Source: an uncultured bacterium
Lineage (GTDB): Bacteria; Babelota; Babeliae; Babelales; Babelaceae
Direction of reading: 5' to 3'
Length of the DNA: 64,000 bases
Assembly (NCBI GenBank): GCA_963819815.1
Contig: CAWFXL010000001.1
Coordinates: 32,001-96,000 of the forward strand
Part shown: positions 20,141-29,129 of the stretch, in pieces
How positions within the stretch are numbered: position 1 is the stretch's first letter
Layout of the letters: the number at the start of each line of letters is the position of its first letter
Position numbers and translations under genes: made by a program
Notes under the pieces: generated by a model
The model's input: the letters and a program-made list of their open reading frames with translations, nothing else
Databases searched by the model: none
Told to the model about the DNA's origin: nothing

Positions 20141-22275
20141 CCTTCTTGATACTCATAGACTGCATTATTAATCATTTCACCAATATCATCACCACTGAAT
20201 CCTTCGGTTGCCGAGAGAATCTTATCGTAGAAGTCAGGTGATAGGGCATGTGGGGTACGAGAGACGACCTCAATACTATTTTGATGAAGATAATAGTTAA
20301 TAATTTTCTTCCTTTTTGCATAGTCTGGAAGAGGAATTTCAATAGTCTTACAGCGACGCATCACTGCGGGATCAATGTTTTCAGGATAGTTAGTCGTACA
20401 TATAACAAATATACGAGGATCATGTCGATACTGGTCAAGTGTGGTGATAAACGATTTAAGTGCTCTGTTATCCTCTTGGGTGCTACCATGAGGTTGTAAG
20501 CGTGAACTTGTTCCATCGATTTCATCGATGAGAATGATACAATTACCCAGTTTTAATGCTTCTGCAAAGAGGGCATCTAATTTCGCTTTACCGGAGCCTT
20601 GGTAGGCGTCCCTAAAGTCACCACCACCTGCATAGACAATTTTTCTACCAGCAGCACGTGCCATGACTTGAGCGATCGTACTCTTACCAGTACCAGGAGG
20701 ACCATAGAGGAGGAGACAATTTTTAAGTTTAGTGCCAGCTGATCGGGGAGCAGCTTCTCGTTTCATCTGCTTAATACAGATGGCTACCTCATTAGGAATC
20801 TTGCCACCAAAGAGATCCTCCAAAGAAGGAATTTCGTCGTCTCTGAGGTTCACTAATGGCGCATCATAATTCACACTATTTTTTTTAGCAGCGGCAGTGG
20901 TATCGGTACTCGCTTCCTCTTTTTCTCCCAATAAGTCTTTAATGAAATCATCTTTCTTTTTTTCAGGAGCAAGTTTTTTCGCGATTTGGAGCGCCTCTTG
21001 TACCGTATCTACAAGCGCAGTTATGGCTTCTTCATATTGGCGATCTTTATTGTGCGGATCAGTTACGGTAAACGTTACCTTATCATGCATCTTGGTAATG
21101 ACACATGAGGTCCATTGCTTTTCAAAGCTTATGAGGAAAAGCGCCTGAAATTTCTGAGGTTTTTTTTCAAGCTCAGTGCGGAGCCATGACAGTTCAAGAT
21201 TATTGGAGATACGTTCTTCAAGAGGGTGCTGACTCGTATACTCTAAGAAATGAATGTTTTCAAGGGCAACCGCTGAAAACTGATCAGGTGGATAGTGTGG
21301 AGGAATTGAATTTTTCGTGATCGCTTCTGCGAGCTCTTTTATTTCTGTGGCCGAGAGCCAGCTGCCATCGGGAAAGGATGAAGGTGAAGGACCGTAAGTT
21401 AAAGAGTAGACCCTAGTTCCGTTAACGTGCAGTTCATTGTGATTTTTTCCTTGTTTGAGCTCGCCCTCTAGAGAAGGTACAGTTGCAAGGTAGGATTCAA
21501 AGAGCTGACGTCCGAACGCAACTCCTTTTTTATTGTTTGTTTCGGCTGACTCTTGTTCGAGTGCTCTATAAAGGTCTTCAGTAGTTATGCGAAAGGTACC
21601 CCCTTTTTGAGAGTGCGCATGAGCTGCTCGCTGTGCAGCCCCAGGTATAAGACGTGCGAGATAATCTATTTCAGTGCGTTGAAGTGGTGTTCTGTCATCA
21701 TTAATAACGACTACAGCCTTTTGAGTTTGCAGAATATAAAAGTCCATCGAACTAATTTCTTTATACGGAATCGCATGAGTGCCCAATAGATGCAATAAGA
21801 ACTGATCTTCAAGATACCCTTTTAAGGTGCTTTCAAATCGATTTTGAATAATAGTTGAGCGCCATGCTGACTTTTCATGCGCAAAGAGCTGTTCAGCTAA
21901 CGAGCGATCATGCATTTTGCGTAGAAAGGCATTTTTTTCAGGTTCTTGTGCATAAGGAAGCACACTAGAGATAAGGCCATTATGGAGCGCGACATATCCT
22001 GAGCTTGCCTTAGTTTCTTCATAGCCAGAATCTTCACCACCAAAGATTGCGCTCAAATATTGAGCATAGGCGACATCTTTAATCTTTGCATGAACTGGTT
22101 CTGTAATTTCCAGAAGAGATTGTGCGGGTACTAGCTCAGGTAGGTCATTTTCATCTTCATCAAGACCCTGGTCAGATAATGCTGAGGTATGATCTAGTGT
22201 CGGATCTGGGTAAAGCGAGCCAGTAATACCTATAACTAAGAGTAAGCTAAGTAGAGATTTCTTAGGGATCATCAT
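20131..22275 (-). CDS. Signal peptide + uncharacterised (pseudo-protease-like) domain + classical AAA ATPase; C-terminus cut at the junction
   Basis: GPPGTGKS, ILIDEID, pore loop YQG, TTN, DPAVMRR, TEGFSGDDI; collinear with 26553-28874 up to EGLKP. Confidence 0.85.
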
Positions 22276-22496
22276 GGGTCACCTCATGAAATTGGAGTAG
22301 GATATTTTTTATTATCAGTACTACATTCCTGTCTCTAATCATATATGATTTTATGATTTTCGGAAGTTTATTTTTTATGGATTTAAAATCAAAGTTTGAT
22401 TCATATGACTAGAAATGATTTGGATCGGAGCTAGACAAGAAGGGATGGCGTTAGCTATTTTAATTGAATCGTCATAAGGAATCCCATCTCCTCGTT

Positions 22497-24206
22497 TCAG
22501 GAGCAGGTTTTTTGATCGGCTTGCAGCGCCTCTTGTACTAAATCTACAAGCTTAGTTATGACTTCTTCATTTTGGCGATCTTTATTGAGCGGGTCAGTGA
22601 CGGTAAACGTTACCGTATCCTGCATCTTGGTGATAACACACGAGGTCCATTCCTCTCCGAAGTTTTTTATAAGTAGGAGCGCCTGAAACTTCAGAGGTTT
22701 TTTTTCAAGCTCGGTTTGGAGCCAGGATAGGGTAAGATTATTACGGAATTCTTCAAGAAAGGTCTTACTTGGATATTCTAAGCAACGAATGTTTTTAGGC
22801 AGAACCGCTGTTACTGTAGTTTTCTCCGGATATCCTAAGAATTGAATTTGTCCAAGAGTAGCCGCTATATCTACGACTGAGAGCCAGCTACCATCTTGAA
22901 AGGGTGTAGGCGAAGGACCACGGGTTAAAGAATGGACCATGGCTGAGAGCCAGCTACCATCTTGAGAGGTTGCAGGTGAAGGACCATAGGTTAAAGAATG
23001 AACCATAACTCCATTAACATACAGTTCGTTATGATTTTTTCCTTGTTTGAGCTTCCCCTCTAGGGTGGGTATCTTTGCAAGATAGGTTCCATAGAGTCTA
23101 AGTACAAACATCTCGGCCTCTTTATCGACCGGGTTGTCCGAGTTCCAAGCGGCTGGATTTTCTTTTAAAATTGCTTCATAAAGGAGTGCAAAAAAGACAT
23201 CTGGAGGAGTGATTATAAATTCTTTTTTAAAGTACTCATGGGCTGCTCGTTGTGCACACCCTGGTATAAGTTTTGTGATACACTCAATTTGAGCCCGTTG
23301 TAGAGGTGTTGCATCATCATTAATGACGACAGCACCCTTTTTTGTGCCCAGAATAAAAGGTTGCAATGCGGAATCATGAGGACCAAATTCTTCAATATGG
23401 GTTCCCGAAAGATGCAATAAGAAGTGTTCTTGAAGATACTCAGCTAAGATTCTTTCAAGTCGACTCTGCATGACAATTGAGCGCCATGAAGAATTCTCAG
23501 AAACAAAGAGCGGTGCTGCTGTTAATTGACTATGCATTGAACTAAGCAACCAACATAGCTCAGGTCCCTCAGCATAAGAAAGCATACTAGATATGATACC
23601 ATTATACAGTGCAACGTATCCTGAGTTTGCCTTAGTTTCTTCATAGCCAGAACCACCAAAAATGGCACTTACATATTGGGAATAGGCGACATCTTTAATC
23701 TTTACATGAACGGGTTCTGTGATCGCCTGTGCGGGTACTAGCTCAGGAAGATCATTTTCATCAAGAGTTTGGTCCGATAATGCTGGATTGCTTTGGATGA
23801 CTTCTTGTGTCAGCGGCAGAGGGGACAGAATTGAACCATTATTAGTTGAAATTTGATTACCTTTGGTAACTGATAACGCTGCTGCCCCTGGCAGAGTGGT
23901 CAACGCCCCCGTATTTTGCAGCGCAAGAAATGCCAGTGCTATTTTCAATCGATGTTTTCCGGCAATTTGTGCCCCTGACTTGAAGAGCTCAAAAACTACT
24001 TGCATTGCTTTGGGGCCATAGGAAAGAGCATCTAGAAGTATATCTTCGTCAAGCAGCTCTCTGTTTATAGGCTGTGAATCGGGACCGGACTCACTTTCAA
24101 GGCTGCGAGGAAGCTCAATAGAAGCTGCTGCTAGTGATGTGACAGGAGTCGCCATCACAGTAAACAGCATCCCTATCGCATACCATTCTTTCAACCGCAT
24201 TGACAT
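22497..24206 (-). CDS. Secreted paralog of the AAA family, N-terminal domain only
   Basis: Shares DLPELVPAQ, SGYVALYNG, LKQGKNHNEL, DGSWLS, WTSCVITK...VTDP.NKDR with 20131-22275; no Walker motifs. Confidence 0.8.
   Translation of the reverse strand: MSMRLKEWYAIGMLFTVMATPVTSLAAASIELPRSLESESGPDSQPINRELLDEDILLDALSYGPKAMQVVFELFKSGAQIAGKHRLKIALAFLALQNTGALTTLPGAAALSVTKGNQISTNNGSILSPLPLTQEVIQSNPALSDQTLDENDLPELVPAQAITEPVHVKIKDVAYSQYVSAIFGGSGYEETKANSGYVALYNGIISSMLSYAEGPELCWLLSSMHSQLTAAPLFVSENSSWRSIVMQSRLERILAEYLQEHFLLHLSGTHIEEFGPHDSALQPFILGTKKGAVVINDDATPLQRAQIECITKLIPGCAQRAAHEYFKKEFIITPPDVFFALLYEAILKENPAAWNSDNPVDKEAEMFVLRLYGTYLAKIPTLEGKLKQGKNHNELYVNGVMVHSLTYGPSPATSQDGSWLSAMVHSLTRGPSPTPFQDGSWLSVVDIAATLGQIQFLGYPEKTTVTAVLPKNIRCLEYPSKTFLEEFRNNLTLSWLQTELEKKPLKFQALLLIKNFGEEWTSCVITKMQDTVTFTVTDPLNKDRQNEEVITKLVDLVQEALQADQKTCS
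22877..23006 (-). repeat. In-frame 66-bp tandem duplication (22 aa)
   Basis: MVHSLTYGPSPATSQDGSWLSA / MVHSLTRGPSPTPFQDGSWLSV. Confidence 0.9.
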
Positions 24207-24261
24207 TTTTGCTCCTCGATTTTCTACCAGCTATATTCTAGCATATTTATTTTCCAGAAAT

Positions 24262-24400
24262 CATCAAGCGCTAACCTGGTTTACGAGTAATTCCAACAAA
24301 TCCCCCGTTTAAGCGAATTCGCAGATTGCACTTCGTCATAACCAGCTCCAAAGTCGTTGGCAATCCGTGGTGTATATGCTGCGTATGGATATAGTGGAAT
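24262..24400 (-). pseudogene. Degenerate fragment of the adjacent methyltransferase
   Basis: YTPRIANDFGAGYDEVQSANSLKRG vs HIPPGIAIDFGAGYAGVESAYLLKRG in 24577-25251; boundaries approximate. Confidence 0.7.
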
Positions 24401-24576
24401 TTGTTGAATGCTGGTTATTTCTTGTACTACGGGCGTACGTGAGGTGGTTGTCCACCGAAAGTCCATAGATTCATGAATCCGAACACAGCATCAGAGATAA
24501 AGAGAAGGCTTATGTAGATCCAGAAGAGTGAGCAGGCTCCCAAAGCCTAAAGTGATAACCTTGCATCGGTAATTCC

Positions 24577-25251
24577 TTATTTTTTTCTTGCAATAACAGA
24601 ATAATAAGGAGGGCCTTCTTGCGGCTCTTCATTTGTCTTTGGTAGCAATGCATTAAGTTCATCAAAATACATAATCTCAAAATCATCAAAAAGCTTTATG
24701 AGCTCGTTTTTTGGCAGTGGAGGAAGATCTCCTACAAAGAAGCTACCGGGCTTGATATGTGCCACTATCTGTTTCCACACCTTTGGAAAATCTTTCACCC
24801 CTTTACTTGATAAAGAGTAGAATGCTATGAAAAGATCGACTTGAGGGATGTAGGTCCAATTGAGATCTTCAAACCGGGATGCTATGGTTCTTAACTGTGA
24901 ACGATAAGGATATATAGCCTTCTGGGAAGCAAGCACTTGAAGCATTTCTTTCACGTGGTCGATAGCAATAACCTGGTATCCGCGCTTAAGCAAATACGCA
25001 GACTCCACTCCCGCATAGCCCGCTCCAAAGTCGATCGCAATTCCTGGCGGTATATGCTTCATTTGAATGTACTCAAAAGCTTTTATTAAAAGTGGGTTTG
25101 CTGGCCTCGTAGGGGCTTCGCGGGGAATAAGGCTGTAAATTAAGTTGCTTTTCGCACGCTTTCTTGCGACTTGAAGAGTTAAAGCAACAGTAACTATGCT
25201 GACTAAGCTGATTCCGATGATAAAATGAAGTTCGCTAAACCTATATTTCAC
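24577..25251 (-). CDS. Class I SAM-dependent methyltransferase (TehB-like) with N-terminal TM helix
   Basis: GGAG RBS + GTG at 25251; motif I AIDFGAGYAG, YQVIAID, VDLF, IKPGSFFVG. Confidence 0.8.
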   Translation of the reverse strand: MKYRFSELHFIIGISLVSIVTVALTLQVARKRAKSNLIYSLIPREAPTRPANPLLIKAFEYIQMKHIPPGIAIDFGAGYAGVESAYLLKRGYQVIAIDHVKEMLQVLASQKAIYPYRSQLRTIASRFEDLNWTYIPQVDLFIAFYSLSSKGVKDFPKVWKQIVAHIKPGSFFVGDLPPLPKNELIKLFDDFEIMYFDELNALLPKTNEEPQEGPPYYSVIARKK

Positions 25252-25347
25252 AGGCTCTCTCCGTTGTTTGTATTGCACAAGTATAGTACAAGATACGATG
25301 TAGAGGCCATAGTTTCTCCTCATGATGCACTTGGGCCGGACCTTGAC

Positions 25348-25405
25348 TTATCGGCATACTTAAATGGATGATTCTGCCGATAACATGCCGATAACATGCC
25401 AATAA
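25348..25405. promoter_or_regulatory. Operator-like array upstream of fic: one inverted and three direct TGCCRATAA boxes
   Basis: ttatcggca (25348); tgccgataa (25375, 25386) and tgccaataa (25397) at 11-bp period; TTGACT at 25343. Confidence 0.6.
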
Positions 25406-26505
25406 AAAACATGGTAAGATTTAAGCCTTTCTATACGATTACATCAAAGGTTGCTCAGGGTCTTATGCGGATTGAAGCAGTTAAAGAGAAGGTACTGTAT
25501 GTACCATTAACTCCTTTTGTTTTAGCTTCGTTGCGTCAATCCGCGAAGCTCTATTCAACTCACTATTCTACGATGATTGAAGGCAATGTCCTTACCCAGG
25601 ATCAAGTAAAAGAAGTAGTTGAACACAAAGGACATTTTCCTGGACGTGAACGCGACGAGCAAGAGGTGAAAGGCTACTATGCGGCGTTAACCCTCGTTGA
25701 ACAATGGGCAGCTCGTGGTACGTCTCTTACCGAAAAAATGATACAAACACTTCATGCTCTTGTGATGTCTGGAGGGCAAGCAAAAAGTAAACCTAGCCCC
25801 TATAGAGACGGTCAAAATGTAATCCGTGATGGAAGAACTGGAGCTATCGTCTACTTGCCTCCTGAGGCTCAAGATGTTTCGAATCTCATGAAGTTATTGG
25901 TTCATTGGATAGATAAAGCAAGTGACGTTCCATGCCCGATTGTTGCTGGTATTGCTCATTATCAATTTGCTACCATTCACCCTTATTATGATGGCAACGG
26001 AAGAACAGCAAGGTTACTCACTACGTTTCTACTTCATCATGGTGGGTTTGGTCTCAAGGGACTTTTTTCACTTGAGGAATATTATGCACGTAATTTAGGT
26101 GCTTACTATGAGGCGATAAGCATTGGTGATTCCCATAACTACTCTATGGGACGTGCAGAAGCAGATATTACGCCGTGGATTGAATACTTCATAGAGGGGA
26201 TGGCGGTCTCGTATGAAACTATATTGAAGCATATGGCTCACTTAGCGGCAAAAGGAACATCTGATCACCGTGATCTGATCAGAGACCTTGACCCAATGCA
26301 GCGTAAAGCGCTTGAGCTGTTTCAAAATTTTAAGATTGTCACGAGCAAGCAGGTTGGAGAGCTCTTTGGATTTAAGCCGCGTACCAGCTCACAGCTCTGT
26401 GCAACATGGGTTGAAAACGGTTTTCTTGAGATTGTAGACCCTTCAAACCGAGGGCGGAAATATAAGCTCTCAAAGCACTATGAAGCCTTGCTTACAAGTT
26501 TATAG
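25396..26505 (+). CDS. Fic family protein (class II-like) with C-terminal wHTH
   Basis: Fic motif HPYYDGNGRTAR; N-terminal autoinhibitory STMIEGN; C-terminal HTH-like segment ending GRKYKL. Confidence 0.92.
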   Translation: MPIKNMVRFKPFYTITSKVAQGLMRIEAVKEKVLYVPLTPFVLASLRQSAKLYSTHYSTMIEGNVLTQDQVKEVVEHKGHFPGRERDEQEVKGYYAALTLVEQWAARGTSLTEKMIQTLHALVMSGGQAKSKPSPYRDGQNVIRDGRTGAIVYLPPEAQDVSNLMKLLVHWIDKASDVPCPIVAGIAHYQFATIHPYYDGNGRTARLLTTFLLHHGGFGLKGLFSLEEYYARNLGAYYEAISIGDSHNYSMGRAEADITPWIEYFIEGMAVSYETILKHMAHLAAKGTSDHRDLIRDLDPMQRKALELFQNFKIVTSKQVGELFGFKPRTSSQLCATWVENGFLEIVDPSNRGRKYKLSKHYEALLTSL

Positions 26506-26552
26506 GTGTGGAGCCTACGAGATCAAGTAGGTACCAAAGATATTATTTTAAA

Positions 26553-28874
26553 CTATACGTTGATACCCATAGAATTGAAGAGCGCTTTCCAACCACCTCG
26601 GACGAGTATTTGCCAGAAGCTTTCCTGAACGAGGTTCGTCGCGTAATCATAGTTCCGATTGACAAGTCTGGTACCGAATGGTTCTTTTGCATACTTATCT
26701 GAAGGGTCATTTTTACGCTCATTCTTTTTAAGGTCATTGCGAAGTTTAACTTGTCGCATATAGGCTGAATACACATGCTTATCAAGATCACTTTCTCCCA
26801 TCACCATAAAGAGAGGGATCAAGGGAAGGCGTGCAAATTCACCAAGATTTGAGATGATAGACTTATTAAACAGGTCTATTCCTTGCGTTCTAAAATCAAT
26901 GTTTGGGTGAGGATTTTCGGGCTTTAAGCCTTCTTGAAACTCATAGATTGCATTGTTAATCATCTCACCGATTTCATCACCACTGAATCCTTCAGTTGCC
27001 GAAATAAGCTTATCATAGAAGTCTGGTGAGAGCGCATGTGGAGTGCGCGAAATGATCTCAGTAGCATTTTGCTTAAGATAATAGTTGATAATATTCTTCC
27101 GCTTTGCATAATCTGGAAGAGGAACCTCAATCGGTATGAAACGACGGGTAACCGCAGGATCCATGTTCTCAATATAGTTAGTGGTACAGATCACAAATAT
27201 ATCAGGATCATAACGGTACTGATCAAGACTTGTAATAAATGATTTAAGTGCCCTGTTATCTTCTTGGGTGCTTCCATGGGATTTTATACGCGAACTTGTA
27301 CCATCGATTTCATCGATGAGAACCACACAGTTGCCCAGTCTTTTTGCTTCAGCAAAGATGGCATCTAATTTTGCTTTGCCCGACCCTTGGTAGGAATCTC
27401 TAAAGTCACCGCCACCTGCATAGACAATATTTCTGCCAGCAGCTCGAGCCATGAGTTGAGCAATCGTACTCTTACCCGTCCCGGGAGGGCCATAGAGGAG
27501 GAGACAGTTTTTAAGTGCTATTCCAGAAGGCCGAGGAGGAGCCGCTTGCCGTTTCATTTTCTTTATGCAGATGGTTACTGCATTAGGAATCTTTTCACCA
27601 AAGAAATCATTTAAAGAAGGTATCTCATGGTCCTTGAGATGGGCAAGAGGTGGATCATAGTTCACCTTGTTAGCAGCTGGTTTTTCTTCCTGCTGTACTC
27701 TTCCGAGATTTCTTAATGGATTTTCGTTCTTTATTGGAGGAGCTTTGCGTGGTGTAAGCGCATCCTGAATTGTCTGAGCAAGAACGACCAAGCCCTTTTC
27801 TGTATGACGATCTTTATTCTGAGGGTCAGTCACCATAAAGGTTATCACTTGGCGAAACTTTGTGATGACGCATGAGATCCATTCTTGGTCAAAACGTATA
27901 AGAAAGAGAGCTTGGAACTCGTGTGGATTTTTGACCAGCTGGGTTCGTAGCCACGTAAGCTCGGCATTATTCATTTGATGCTCATCTGGAGTGAGCGTCT
28001 CACTAAATTCTAAGAAGTGGATGTCCTTAGGATGAGTGCCCTCAGGTGAATTTTTCAGTTTATGTTCAGCCAGGTCCTTAAGATCTAAGGCCGTGAGCCA
28101 ACTACCATCGGGGGAGTCGGAGGTATCTTCGCTCGGTCCATAGGTTTCTTTGAGAACCTGCTTTTTGTCTTCATAAATCTCATGTTGATTGTTGCTGCAC
28201 CTTAGTTCTCCTGATATTGGCTTCAGTTCACTAAAATATTTCATGCAGATGCTTTCATCAAAAGCATTTCTTGGAGCTTTTGCCTGTGCCTCTTGTTCAA
28301 GTGCTGTGTAAAACTCTTGAGGGGTAAGCGTAAAAGTTCCCGCTTCGTACCCATGAGCTTTTACAACGCGATCTGTGGCTCCTGGCAAAAGATCTGATAC
28401 ATACATTATTTCAACAAGGGAATCACCATCAAGAGCTTTCTGCATGATGCCGACTTGCAATTGAAAAAGATGCAGATATTTAAGGTACAAATAATTAATA
28501 AAGAATTCCTCTAGACGATTCTTAATAACATGCGATCGCCAGTCTGCAACACGTGCGGTACATGCCGATCGGTCCTGTAGCTTTTCAAATAGGGCGGTTT
28601 TTTGTTCCCCATGTGCCTTAGGTACACTCTGCATAATAAGACCACAATAAAGGGCTTCGTACCCAGAACTCGCTGATCCTTGGGGTAGAGAGAGCTCACC
28701 AGAATGAGTTGAGCGGTACTGGTTATAGGTACTTTGTAAGACTTTTGCTGAATACAGAGGATCAACCTGTGCGCTGGAATTACCAAGCTCTGGCTCTTGT
28801 GGACCTGCATAGAACTTTCCTGCAAGACATATGGTGAGACATATTATGATACAGAAATATCTTCTAAAAAACAT
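26553..28874 (-). CDS. Signal peptide + uncharacterised (pseudo-protease-like) domain + classical AAA ATPase (full length)
   Basis: Hydrophobic N-terminus; GPPGTGKS, VLIDEID, YQG, TTN, DPAVTRR, TEGFSGDEI. Confidence 0.88.
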   Translation of the reverse strand: MFFRRYFCIIICLTICLAGKFYAGPQEPELGNSSAQVDPLYSAKVLQSTYNQYRSTHSGELSLPQGSASSGYEALYCGLIMQSVPKAHGEQKTALFEKLQDRSACTARVADWRSHVIKNRLEEFFINYLYLKYLHLFQLQVGIMQKALDGDSLVEIMYVSDLLPGATDRVVKAHGYEAGTFTLTPQEFYTALEQEAQAKAPRNAFDESICMKYFSELKPISGELRCSNNQHEIYEDKKQVLKETYGPSEDTSDSPDGSWLTALDLKDLAEHKLKNSPEGTHPKDIHFLEFSETLTPDEHQMNNAELTWLRTQLVKNPHEFQALFLIRFDQEWISCVITKFRQVITFMVTDPQNKDRHTEKGLVVLAQTIQDALTPRKAPPIKNENPLRNLGRVQQEEKPAANKVNYDPPLAHLKDHEIPSLNDFFGEKIPNAVTICIKKMKRQAAPPRPSGIALKNCLLLYGPPGTGKSTIAQLMARAAGRNIVYAGGGDFRDSYQGSGKAKLDAIFAEAKRLGNCVVLIDEIDGTSSRIKSHGSTQEDNRALKSFITSLDQYRYDPDIFVICTTNYIENMDPAVTRRFIPIEVPLPDYAKRKNIINYYLKQNATEIISRTPHALSPDFYDKLISATEGFSGDEIGEMINNAIYEFQEGLKPENPHPNIDFRTQGIDLFNKSIISNLGEFARLPLIPLFMVMGESDLDKHVYSAYMRQVKLRNDLKKNERKNDPSDKYAKEPFGTRLVNRNYDYATNLVQESFWQILVRGGWKALFNSMGINV

Positions 28875-29129
28875 AGAGGGCTCCGCTCATTTTTATATCT
28901 TGAGTTGGATCGTAAACCATTTATTAATTATCATGATACGCAAATATGAAATTTTAGAAAGAGGCCAGGTATAATGGGCCTATTAAGGACAGGCCTGCTC
29001 TATAAGTCTTTGGGCAGAGTTTTTTGAAATAAGGGATGCTTCTTCGACCGCTGGGGTTGATAGCTATCAATAATCAGTGCCAAGGGCAATCAAAGCCTCG
29101 TGCGACAGGGTGAAAAGGGAGTTTTTCTC

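Noticed and set aside
20113..20171. ORF-track C-termini crossing the junction (RRSSS and VLTLLDTHRLHY)
   Set aside because: Read-through into foreign sequence; not genuine protein ends
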